Source: Octopus bimaculoides (lineage: Eukaryota). Taken from it: DNA of 37,496 bases. A program made the translations under genes and the position numbers. The notes beneath the pieces were generated by a model. That model saw only the letters and a program-made list of their open reading frames with translations. It was not told the DNA's origin and did no database searches. This document shows, piece by piece, positions 24,511 to 32,593 of the stretch. Numbering within the stretch: position 1 is the stretch's first letter; every line of letters starts with the position of its first letter. The DNA is taken from contig NC_068998.1 in assembly GCF_001194135.2 (NCBI RefSeq), positions 29,741,469 through 29,778,964 of the forward strand, written 5' to 3'.

Positions 24511-27161
24511 CAGTCAATTCAAATAAACGAATAATAAAATTAACAATAACAGACAACAAGAGGACGTGCAGAAGGAATGTATTAGTTTGACACTCAGTAA
24601 AAGAAGTGAGTTTTTCACGTTTCAAGCATAGCTCTTCAACGGAAAGGAGAAAGAGAAAAAAAAACAAAGAAGGAAAAGAAATTTCCAACAGCTCGAGCTG
24701 TTGGCGATGAAGAGCTATGTTCGAAACGTCAAAAACTCTCTTTTTACTGAGTGTCAAACTAATACATTCCTTCTGCACGTCCTCTTGTTATCTATTATTG
24801 TTAATTTTATTATTCGTTTATTTGAATTGACTATTTTCCGCACGGACACATCTAGGTCCTTCCGACTGATTTGGATTACCATGCTTGTGGATTTCCTTAC
24901 TCTACCCTTGGATTACGTTACCTTTAAATTCGGATGAGTATTGAGTAAGTGGTATAACATTATTTTATAGGCACAGAGCCTAAAAAATTTGATGAGTAAC
25001 GAGTGAAATGTTGTGAGGATTCACGCTCATTCATTGTACATTTGTGGTGTAATTGATATGAAAATATATAAGTAGAAATCGAAACGAAGCTATTTTCATT
25101 GAGAAAAGTGGTTTTCACTATAAACAATTAGATTATTTATTTTCATGCTCCTAGTCATTGGCAACTTTTTGGCTTTTGTCTCTTTGTTTTTCTATTATAG
25201 TATTGATCGTTTTGGTCAGATTCAGGCCAATTCAGCAATTCCAGGCTTGAAAATTGAGTTTAGTTCTGACAGACAAAATACTTGGACTACTGTTGATAAA
25301 CAGTCGAAAGCGTATCCAGGTCAGAAATTATATCTAAGGACAAGGTAAGCTTCTTTGGTGAGCCAATGAATATGTTCGCAATTTTTATAGTTGATGTTCG
25401 CGATTGTATCAAACCTATTCTTTACTTATGGTACATTCTAGTACAATGAGAGGCTGTTTATGCAGAGAAATGACCATACAGTCAACGATGGAAAGTAATA
25501 TTCGATTTTATCCTTAAGTGTTTGAAAATACCCTCTTACGATGTTTTCACATTATTCAACTTCTTGTATAATTAAATAGTTGTTTTTGATAGATTGAAAT
25601 TAATGCTCTCTTGAATCACAAGTGAGAAAGAAATTGTGGAGTTAGCAGGTGCTACTAGGCATCACTATGAAATTTTGAAAATATTCAAATGTAATTTCTA
25701 CTGTACTTTTTACTTGGAGAACATCCGAAAAAAGCATTTTGATATTTCATTTCTAAAATATTCATCCAAATTTCAGTGAATTGGTCAAAATCTTGCCTAA
25801 CTGGCCTAAATGAATAATTAGCCATCTTTATAATCATTTCTACTATAGGCACAAGGCCTGAAATTTGGGGGAGGAGGATAGTCGATTACATCGACTCCAG
25901 TACTCAACTGTTACTTAATTTATCGACCCCGAAAGGATGAAAGGCAAAGTTACCTAGGCAGAATTCGGACTCAGAACGTAGTGGTAGACGAAATACCGCG
26001 AAGCTTTTTGCGCGGTGTGCTAACGACTCTGCCAGCTCGCCGCCTTATTAGCCATCTTCATAATGTCATATCTTTGAAACTATGGTGATAATCATCTTCA
26101 AATTACACAATAGTAACCATAGTATAGCAGTTGCCTTTTCTTTTTCAAGTTCTTGGAAAGGAAACTTTTCTGAGAGAAATTTTTTTAAATGTTTATGTCA
26201 AGCCTATTTTGTTGCATGTCACAATCAATTTCGCTGTTTTCAGACGTAGTTGAATCCCAAAATACAAGCCACGGGCACTTGGCTTTTAGCATATTTGTAG
26301 TTGGTATAGAACTAAATAAGTCCTATCCTGAGATTTTGACACTCACATAAGTTGGATTTTCTCCGTTTTGACTGTGATTTTTTTTCCTTTTTTTTTTTTG
26401 CATCACGGTCTTCGAAATGACCGTGATGCAATAATGAGCTTTTTAATAAAAAAAAAATGTAAAATTTATGATTTATATTTATGAAAAATGAAAAATAACG
26501 ATAAAATTTTCACTTTTATATTTCGTAACGATTATCTGACCTACCCCTATCGATTTTTATATCAAAATAAGNNNNNNNNNNNNNNNNNNNNNNNNNNNNN
26601 NNNNNNNNNNNNNNNNNNNNNNNNNNNNNNNNNNNNNNNNNNNNNNNNNNNNNNNNNNNNNNNNNNNNNNNNNNNNNNNNNNNNNNNNNNNNNNNNNNNN
26701 NNNNNNNNNNNNNNNNNNNNNNNNNNNNNNNNNNNNNNNNNNNNNNNNNNNNNNNNNNNNNNNNNNNNNNNNNNNNNNNNNNNNNNNNNNNNNNNNNNNN
26801 NNNNNNNNNNNNNNNNNNNNNNNNNNNNNNNNNNNNNNNNNNNNNNNNNNNNNNNNNNNNNNNNNNNNNNNNNNNNNNNNNNNNNNNNNNNNNNNNNNNN
26901 NNNNNNNNNNNNNNNNNNNNNNNNNNNNNNNNNNNNNNNNNNNNNNNNNNNNNNNNNNNNNNNNNNNNNNNNNNNNNNNNNNNNNNNNNNNNNNNNNNNN
27001 NNNNNNNNNNNNNNNNNNNNNNNNNNNNNNNNNNNNNNNNNNNNNNNNNNNNNNNNNNNNNNNNNNNNNNNNNNNNNNNNNNNNNNNNNNNNNNNNNNNN
27101 NNNNNNNNNNNNNNNNNNNNNNNNNNNNNNNNNNNNNNNNNNNNNNNNNNNNNNNNNNNNN

Positions 27162-27201
<40 letters not shown>

Positions 27202-28438
27202 AGAAGTATGAGACAGATCCTTGTGGTAATTCATCCAACAAATTGCAGATTCAAGATGTAGTTACATATTACACAGGCTTCTTCTCTATACAAAACGGGT
27301 CACAATATAACTATATTCAGCCAAAGGGTTCATATTGATAATCAGCATCACCATATTTACTCCATTTCTAAACATGCAAATCACTTCTTAGTCTTGCCAA
27401 CTGAGTAGACTGTGCTTTCTTGGAGAGGTCTAGTAAGACCGAAATATATCCATGCTTCAACCTGTTGCCTTTAAAGACAGAATCCAATCCCATCATCATC
27501 ATCTAATTTCCATAAAAATATGTTGCCCGATCTTATTGAATTTTTGCCTTACTTGTCTTTCAATTTTAAACACCTCTGGGAAGAGAATTTTTTGCATACT
27601 AATTAACCTCGGTTAATCGAAGTTTTTTCCACTTACTATATTATATATGTGGTTGCGCTTTTTGTATTTAAATGTGTAGCAAAGAATGGAGTCATGATGC
27701 TACTTGATTGGGATTTTTATCGAGCTTGAATATTGAAGATTATACCCAGTTTCCAAATTCTGTGGATTTGACACTGCTAGTACGAATAGTTGCAATTGCT
27801 AATATATGCAGCTCCATGATATTCTAAATACATATTTTTGCTTTTGTTATAAGTTATAAGTTTTTGAATTTTCTTGTTTTTCGGAGTTTAAAGAGGTTTC
27901 CCACCAATTTTCAGTAGTCTGTGTGCACGAAAATCTTATACTGTGCATAATTTTTCCTCTAACGAAAGTATGTGCACACCAAATGTATAACAAAAATTGT
28001 TAATCACTACATTATTTTAGGTGTCGTAATGAAAGAGGATAACTGAGAACCAATCACTTTATTCAGTTACGATGTTCAACTTCAGTATGACTAAGTACAG
28101 AGCATATGTAGACATTTATCGTAAATGGTTAAAAGCATGATTTTTAAAATATATGTGAATCAAATAACAGTAATTCTGACAGCCAAATGGCTTTAAGACA
28201 AAGAAGTGTGCCGAGAACACCGTTTGGAAATCAATGAGCGTCTAGTGGCAAGCCTAACATTATTAATCATTGTGAGCATTTTGCACAGAACTTATACTTT
28301 TCCTAATCATCTTTCCTGAGAGCCGAATTACAATTTCTTTGACTTATGTACTACTTTCAACATCATCCTTTTATTTTCTATTTCAGGTCTGCAGATGGCA
28401 AACGAACTAGTAGAGTAGTCAGCTTCACTGTTCGATAA
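1874..28438 (+). CDS. Spliced gene (10 coding exons, 940 aa): secreted CBM14-fused, chitobiase (ChB)-type GH20 beta-N-acetylhexosaminidase
   Basis: Manually joined exons 1874-1883, 3072-3347, 3825-3989, 7518-8045, 14214-14659, 16312-17028, 20144-20384, 21954-22197, 25201-25344 and 28387-28438 total 2823 nt in one open frame. Intron phases are 1,1,1,1,0,0,1,2,2, all GT-AG. GH20 motifs present: [108 protein letters not shown]. Exon 1 is the least certain part. Confidence 0.9.
2014..2078. repeat. 19-bp tandem repeat (ATTTAGGTACATTTAATAC) x3.4
   Basis: Perfect units at 2014, 2033 and 2052, partial unit at 2071. Confidence 0.9.
2164..2660. mobile_element. hAT-superfamily MITE (non-autonomous DNA transposon) in intron 1
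   Basis: TIRs CAGGGGTGGGGAAACT and (rc) CAGGGGTGTGGAAATT match 14/16. Perfect 8-bp TSD CTTTAAAC at 2156-2163 and 2661-2668. Confidence 0.88.
3072..3347 (+). CDS. Exon 2: signal-peptide h-region plus CBM14 (peritrophin-A/ChtBD2) chitin-binding domain
   Basis: Acceptor (tc)n-cgcag|, donor TCTG|gtaagg. Cys spacing is C-x12-C-x5-C-x10-C-x12-C-x9-C ([54 protein letters not shown]), with aromatics at the usual positions. Confidence 0.85.
3825..3989 (+). CDS. Exon 3: linker and start of CHB_HEX carbohydrate-binding domain
   Basis: ttcag| to GGAG|gtaagt, 165 nt, phase 1-1. Encodes [55 protein letters not shown]. Not in the ORF track. Confidence 0.85.
4150..4800 (-). mobile_element. Decayed mariner transposase fragment
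   Basis: Minus-strand remnants [22 protein letters not shown] and [14 protein letters not shown], with stops and frameshifts. Confidence 0.7.
5027..5085 (+). mobile_element. 5' head of a tRNA-derived SINE (same family as 25835-26046)
   Basis: GGCGGCGAGCTGGGAGAATCGTTAGCACGCCGAGCAAAATGCTTA matches the rc of 26000-26046. Confidence 0.7.
5245..5410 (-). mobile_element. Body of a tRNA-derived SINE, diverged
   Basis: Shares GTCGATTAC.TCGA...CGAAAGGATGAAAGGCAAAGT...GAA.CTCA.AACGTA with the copy at 25835-26046. Confidence 0.75.
5779..5891. repeat. (TG)n microsatellite, interrupted
   Basis: Direct reading. Confidence 0.95.
5915..6420 (+). mobile_element. Merlin-like (IS1016/IS1595-related) DDE transposase relic
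   Basis: Frameshifted remnants VVDY-EVC, KIGG...[26 protein letters not shown] and [11 protein letters not shown] resemble the Merlin motifs IGG..VEIDE..F.KRK, TL...I...I.PGTTI.SD and LDSYL.EFMWR. Confidence 0.6.
7518..8045 (+). CDS. Exon 4: CHB_HEX domain and start of GH20b domain
   Basis: Long pyrimidine tract-aaag| to TCAG|gtatgt. Encodes [11 protein letters not shown]...[14 protein letters not shown]...QYKR...ERY...IIPKPQ. Confidence 0.92.
8805..8976. repeat. (CA)n/(CACG)n followed by (TACA)n microsatellite
   Basis: Direct reading; (TACA)n at 8943-8976. Confidence 0.95.
8980..10370 (+). mobile_element. 5'-truncated, decayed RLE-type non-LTR retrotransposon (R4/Dong-like)
   Basis: RT motif [13 protein letters not shown], then [44 protein letters not shown] and restriction-like endonuclease remnants ending IPIIIGGT. 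Multiple stops. Confidence 0.82.
10370..11480 (-). mobile_element. Near-complete decayed mariner (DD34D) element lacking one TIR
   Basis: TIR-like end (rc) CGAGGAGGTATCCAAAAGTAA next to TA at 11481-11482. Minus-strand remnants [40 protein letters not shown] and [15 protein letters not shown]. Confidence 0.88.
12395..13002. repeat. Pair of ~108-bp direct repeats (12395-12503 and 12895-13002)
   Basis: AACATAAAATGACATAACGTGAA.TTATATAGTGTATAGCATTTTGATT...CCCTTTAACTTATTTTAA occurs twice, 500 bp apart, with a few differences. Confidence 0.85.
13800..14195. repeat. Degenerate CAT/CAC/AAC trinucleotide low-complexity tract
   Basis: Direct reading; ends about 20 nt before the exon 5 acceptor. Confidence 0.8.
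14214..14659 (+). CDS. Exon 5: GH20b domain and start of the GH20 catalytic barrel
   Basis: gacag| to TCG|gtcagt. Encodes EDYEITI...[12 protein letters not shown]...[19 protein letters not shown]...[18 protein letters not shown]. Confidence 0.95.
15726..16072 (-). mobile_element. tRNA-derived SINE (second family) with 9-bp TSD
   Basis: Minus-strand A box TGGCCCAGTGG and B box GTTTCGATTCC. TSD CATATGCAC at 15717-15725 and 16073-16081. Confidence 0.85.
16312..17028 (+). CDS. Exon 6: GH20 catalytic core containing the Asp-Glu pair
   Basis: gcag| to AAG|gtaaat. Encodes IGSKRC...[12 protein letters not shown]...[11 protein letters not shown]...HFGGDEV (GAC GAA at 16735-16740)...AWEDGL...WDNIWEW...ANAGYK. 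Confidence 0.96.
17140..17365. repeat. Compound (TG)n/(CA)n microsatellite
   Basis: Direct reading; precedes an N gap. Confidence 0.9.
17459..17782. other. Assembly gap (324 N)
   Basis: N run. Confidence 0.99.
17961..18083 (-). ncRNA. Candidate type I hammerhead ribozyme (Penelope/retrozyme-like, minimal stem III)
   Basis: Minus strand reads ucu-CUGACGA-[AGCCCAGAGGC...75 nt...GCCUCUUGGCU]-GAAAC-AGCU-GUA-aga. Core intact, stem II 10/11 bp, palindromic loop III, stem I 3 bp. Confidence 0.65.
19018..19429. other. Assembly gap (412 N)
   Basis: N run. Confidence 0.99.
19430..20045 (-). mobile_element. Probable LTR remnant carrying a Pol II promoter
   Basis: Minus strand starts TGTTA at 20045 and contains CCAAT, two CACGTG boxes, TATAAATA and an ATTAGTC initiator. 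The distal end is lost in the N gap. No TSD or internal domain is visible. Confidence 0.42.
19461..19633 (-). promoter_or_regulatory. Antisense core promoter: E-box / CCAAT / E-box / TATA / Inr
   Basis: Minus-strand TATAAATA starts at 19496 and the Inr A(+1) of TTAGTC is at 19465 (31 nt spacing). CCAAT at 19562-19566, GTCACGTGAC at 19536-19545, GTCACGTGAT at 19624-19633. Confidence 0.5.
20144..20384 (+). CDS. Exon 7: GH20 barrel
   Basis: gacag| to ATCG|gtaagt. Encodes [41 protein letters not shown]. Confidence 0.95.
21050..21150 (-). mobile_element. Short LINE fragment homologous to 22611-22699
   Basis: TCTGGTTC.TTT.CAAGATGTTAGG...AGAAGCTTCA...GTTTGGC.GGGTTT...CCATGGAGGAG-GTGACA is shared between the two sites. 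Confidence 0.65.
21954..22197 (+). CDS. Exon 8: end of GH20 barrel
   Basis: tttttaacaag| to GCCTA|gtacgt. Encodes [34 protein letters not shown]...YRVPPPGA. The ORF-track stop (TAG, 22196-22198) straddles the donor. Confidence 0.93.
22385..23780 (-). mobile_element. Decayed non-LTR retrotransposon (LINE), RT to C-terminus; clade not assigned
   Basis: Minus-strand remnants [15 protein letters not shown]...[35 protein letters not shown] and SRNNILRKL, then a C-terminal Cys/His knuckle remnant. Confidence 0.85.
24385..24510. repeat. (TG)n/(TGCG)n/(CA)n/(TA)n compound microsatellite
   Basis: Direct reading. Confidence 0.95.
24512..24832. repeat. Inverted repeat (~127-bp arms, 69-nt spacer) of probable Penelope-like LTR ends with decayed minimal hammerhead motifs
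   Basis: Arms 24512-24638 and 24708-24832 are reverse complements with few mismatches. The spacer contains the perfect 20-bp palindrome CCAACAGCTCGAGCTGTTGG (24685-24704). Confidence 0.85.
25201..25344 (+). CDS. Exon 9: C-terminal Ig-like chitobiase domain (CHB_HEX_C)
   Basis: tattatag| to ACAAG|gtaagc, phase 2-2. Encodes (Y)[28 protein letters not shown]...LYLRT, matching the chitobiase AN..lPGL.IEyS.DgG..W pattern. Confidence 0.9.
25835..26046 (-). mobile_element. tRNA-derived SINE with 18-bp TSD
   Basis: Minus-strand head GGCGGCGAGCTGGCAGAGTCGTTAGC and B-box-like GAGTCCGAATTC. TSD ATTAGCCATCTT(T/C)ATAAT at 25817-25834 and 26047-26064 with one mismatch. Resembles an abundant octopus SINE as I recall it. 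Confidence 0.88.
26572..27161. other. Assembly gap (590 N), followed by (TG)n
   Basis: N run. Confidence 0.99.
28387..28438 (+). CDS. Exon 10: terminal coding exon
   Basis: tttcag|G TCT GCA GAT GGC AAA CGA ACT AGT AGA... encodes (R)[16 protein letters not shown], matching the chitobiase C-terminal S.DGKR.SR motif. TAA at 28436-28438. Confidence 0.88.
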
Positions 28439-29083
28439 GGCACACAGGATATATTTCTCTTCGATGCATTCATCCTTAGAGAAACACATGCACAAATATA
28501 TTTCTTAAAGTGCCGGCGTATTTTGAAAATGTCATACCTGATATTTAAACAATCTTCATATTTTCAAGATTAATATAAAATTATTTCCTGAATTACGATA
28601 GTTGTAAGTCTTGCATCATTCAAGAAATTTCTAATAGATATCAAACCTAGTTTTACTTTCTTTTAATTTTCAACTATAGTTGTATATAATTTGGTGACAT
28701 TTCTCTAGTCTATATTTTTAAAAAAAAGTGTGAATGAAATAGCAGTTTTTAAAATTTAGTTCCGCTGCCCTAACGATGTTTACTCTCGGTGTTTAGATTT
28801 ATTACGTGGAGATAATTTAAGCTTCATCGATAATTACGTAGATAATCAGGACTGATTGACAAGACATTATCCCTCGATACTAAAAGAAAGCATGAAGTCG
28901 AAATGACTAAAAAAAACTGCTATTTCAATCCCAATACTTCTTTCGCAATGACAGAGAAAAGGCGTGTCGCCAAAATATACTACTACATTTAAAAATTGAA
29001 AGGCAGCAGAATTAAATTCAATATCATCGCTCAATTTCAAGATCAATGCATGCAGCACATGAGCGGAACTTATATAATTCAGA

Positions 29084-29089
29084 AATAAA
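29084..29089 (+). promoter_or_regulatory. Candidate polyadenylation signal (second AATAAA at 29191-29196)
   Basis: AATAAA about 650 nt after the stop. Hexamers are common in AT-rich DNA, so support is weak. Confidence 0.25.
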
Positions 29090-29514
29090 TCTCGTATTAA
29101 TGGATATCAAAAAGTGAAGATATCTAAACGTCAAGTGCGAGATTTTCAACAAATACCAACACTTCAAGAAATACATTCTAGAATCCTGGAAATAAATTTA
29201 AATGACTTTACCACCAACAGAAATGTTATGAAAACATACACATAATTTATCAAATTTTTGAGAATTTATCAAACATAATCAACCTTACAGAAACAAAAAG
29301 TTACGCCCGTTTATGCTACATTTTATGTACATGCGCAACCAGAAGTTTATTTTAGCTAACTATATTCCAAAACATATGGAGGTTTTTAATTTGTCTTATG
29401 ATTGCTACAGGTAAAGATTTTTCTAAAGGATGAAAATTTCAAGTCGGATATGTTAATTAAAAGTGCTACACCACAATATATATATATATATACATATATT
29501 CTATTATTCTTTTA

Positions 29515-29709
29515 CTTGTTTCAATCATTTGACTGCAGCCATGCTGGAGCACGCCTTAAAGGGTTTCTAGTTAAAGAAATCAACCCCAGGACATATTTTG
29601 AAGCCTTGTACTTATTCTATCGACCACTTTTACCGAACCGCTAAGATCTGGGACTTAAATACACCAACCCCAGTTGTCAAACGATGATGGCGAGGAGAAG
29701 CACAGATAC
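29515..29709. mobile_element. Fragment of an abundant interspersed repeat (SINE-like), running into a gap
   Basis: TTTGACTGCAGCCATGCTGGAGCACGCC...CCGAACCGCTAAG...GTTGTCAA.CGATG resembles a high-copy octopus repeat as I recall it; not verified. Confidence 0.55.
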
Positions 29710-30069
29710 NNNNNNNNNNNNNNNNNNNNNNNNNNNNNNNNNNNNNNNNNNNNNNNNNNNNNNNNNNNNNNNNNNNNNNNNNNNNNNNNNNNNNNNNNNN
29801 NNNNNNNNNNNNNNNNNNNNNNNNNNNNNNNNNNNNNNNNNNNNNNNNNNNNNNNNNNNNNNNNNNNNNNNNNNNNNNNNNNNNNNNNNNNNNNNNNNNN
29901 NNNNNNNNNNNNNNNNNNNNNNNNNNNNNNNNNNNNNNNNNNNNNNNNNNNNNNNNNNNNNNNNNNNNNNNNNNNNNNNNNNNNNNNNNNNNNNNNNNNN
30001 NNNNNNNNNNNNNNNNNNNNNNNNNNNNNNNNNNNNNNNNNNNNNNNNNNNNNNNNNNNNNNNNNNNNN
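29710..30069. other. Assembly gap (360 N), followed by (TG)n
   Basis: N run. Confidence 0.99.
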
Positions 30070-30076
30070 ATATATA

Positions 30077-30125
<49 letters not shown>

Positions 30126-30821
30126 TCAACTTGCTTATCACTTATTTAAAACTGGAATAAACTTCGATTTTCTGATTAGCTTTCCAAAATATAATGGCTT
30201 ATTCTTTTTACAATGAAAGAAGAAATAACTGGATGTTTTATGTTTCTGAATAGAAATTGATATTATTCATTTATGAATGTATGGAAAAATGAGCAACACG
30301 CTCAATTACCTTATCTTGTTTGATACACTTCCCATCTTTCGTTTTAACGACTGTACAAAAATGAGATTTGGCTGATAATTCCATCAGGTCAATAGACTGT
30401 ATAGAGGCTCGCTTGTTCGTTTCTGATTTGTACAATTTTGATCCTCGGCAGATGCTTATATTTTGGTACCTTTTAATAATTATAATCAGTGCACCAATTG
30501 CTATTGATGCCTTTTGTTCAGTCATATGCTTTCATATTGCTTATTTCCATTTTAAGATCTTTATACTTTGGTAAATTTTCGTCTTTCTGTATCACTCAGA
30601 GCGCATAAATATTCATTTGTATGTCTCTATAAGTGGAAAATTTGCTTATATCCCATAACATTAAAGTTACGTCTAGATTTGATACGCTTTATGCCATTAC
30701 TTTCAGTTACGATTTAGAATCATTTCCATATCTGCAAATTGATATAGTTGCGACATATCCATAAATATGGTTATAGATTTTCAAAGAATTATGGGTTAAC
30801 TATTTACTTAGGTTGATCGCA

Positions 30822-30857
30822 TAGCCTAATTACTAGCCTAATCACTAGCCTAATTAC
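30822..30857. repeat. 12-bp tandem repeat TAGCCTAAT(T/C)AC x3
   Basis: Direct reading. Confidence 0.85.
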
Positions 30858-31050
30858 TACATTTTGGTAGATTTTGTTTCAAAACATTGAATCTTGTGTA
30901 TCTAAACTCATACATTTTGGTTCTATTTTTGGTGCAGTCTTTGAACAGATATTGACTTCCATATTACCTTTATCTAGACTTTTACAACGTGACCATAGAA
31001 AGGTTACTTTTACCATTCTTTCATGTTTTCTTTGGTAATTTTCTTATATA

Positions 31051-31955
31051 TCCGAGAGTGAGCTGAAAAGTTCATAGGCTGAATATGAAGGAGTAATGTT
31101 AGAGCTGTGAAATCTTTCAACTCTTCTCATTGGTAATTGCATTATTTCTTTCCAGATAAACTGACACTTGACTGTTCAAAGAAAACTTCAAAAGTAATTA
31201 GTTGCGACTTCTCGTGAAAATGGGCAAAATTTGGCATCGTGGTGTTATCATGTACATGCAGAAAAATGGTTTATAACCCCACCCCACGAGACATTCATGC
31301 TGACATGGTTGCTACATTAGGAGATGGCACTCCAGCTTTTATCAACTGTGCAAAAGTGGGCATTTTGAAGATGACCCAAGGTCTGGGGGTTCTGCAAATG
31401 CCACCACTGAGGAAAATAGTGATCGCGTTCATCACATGGTGACGGATAACAGGCAATTGACTATAAATCAAATAGCCAATGCTATTAGCATATCCCGTAA
31501 GAGAATTGAGAATATTCTGCTCAATAAACTTCGCAGAAGGTTTCTGCTCGATGTATGTCACGTCTTGTGACACCTGATCAAAACCACACTAGGTTGATCA
31601 CATCACGGGAAAATCTGACATTGTTTGAGGAAGATCCAGCTGATTTCCTTGAACGTTTCCTAACCCATGAGTGTTGGGTTCATCACTTTGAGCCAGAGAC
31701 AAAGAGACAATCCATGCAGTGGAAATACACCACCTCGCCAGCTCTAAGGGTGGTTTCATCTGCATGAAGGTAATGGCCTCAGTTTTTTGAAATACAAAAA
31801 GCATTGTTTATTGACTATCATCAAAAGGAACACACCATCAATGGAGAGTACTGTGCCAACTTGCTGAGACAGTTACGAAAGGCTATCAAGACAAAACGCC
31901 CAGGAAAGCTGACAAAATGGGTCTTGTTTCTTCAGACTACGCTCCAGCACACAAT
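31051..31955 (+). mobile_element. 3'-truncated decayed mariner element
   Basis: TIR-like start CGAGAGTGAGCTGAAAAGTTCATAGGCT. Remnants FEDDPRSG, TEEN.DRVH, RKVSAR.., ECWVHHFEPETKRQSMQWK, FIDY...TINGEYCANLL and DYAPAH (HDNA.AH-like). Confidence 0.9.
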
Positions 31956-31964
31956 TGGGGCCGA

Positions 31965-32272
31965 ATTAGGGTTTGGTAATAGTGGTTAAGTTTAGCGGTA
32001 GGTCAAAGTGTTTACGATTGGAGTTAACCCTTAAGTTAAGGTTAATGATTTTAGTTTTGATGTAGGGTTAGAAACTAGGATTATGGTTAGGTTAGTGAAT
32101 GGAGTTAAGTTTAGAGGTTAGAATTGGGGATTGGAGTTGGGATTTAGACCTACGGATGAGAGTTTACAATTAGGGTAGGGTTATTGTTTAGTATTATGAT
32201 TAGGGTTTACCTTTTAGGATTATAGGTTAGGCCTTAGCATTTGTACCTAAGGTTTAGTGTTAGAGGTTAAGG
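31965..32272 (+). repeat. Degenerate TTAGGG/GGTTAG-like tandem tract
   Basis: Recurrent TTAGGG, GGTTAG, GTTAGA and TTAGAG variants with roughly 6-nt periodicity and strong G/T strand bias. Confidence 0.65.
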
Positions 32273-32593
32273 AAAGTTACAATTGGATTAAAATTTATTT
32301 GTGCTTGTGCACAAAAACCAAAATAAATCTGATTTCCCAACTGTTTGTTTTGAAACTGTTTGTTTTACAATGTGAAGTAAGTGATAGCTTTGAGACTGTG
32401 CTACGATTTTTCCCAATATTCCAATTTTTTCCCCCTTTTTCTCCTCCCTTTTCTTCATTTCGGAGGAGACAACCAGCCATAAGTTTTGAATTTTTGAACT
32501 TTTTCAAAATGAATGTTTTATGATAAGGAATAATAATTCTTAATAATATAAAGAGAAATATCAACAAATTCAAATCTTAAACATTCCAATATA

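Noticed and set aside
17459-27161. Missing exons hidden in the three intragenic N gaps
   Set aside because: Phases match and conserved motifs are contiguous across introns 6 (ANAGYK|VVMAQ) and 9 (LRTR|SADGKR), so no exon is required. An alternative exon cannot be excluded.
7518-28438. Bacterial contamination or a very recent bacterial insertion, given the chitobiase-like protein
   Set aside because: The CDS is split by canonical GT-AG introns filled with animal SINEs, LINEs and mariners, and is spliced to a CBM14 exon.
17383-30216. Long poly-X ORFs in the track
   Set aside because: Artefacts of N runs.
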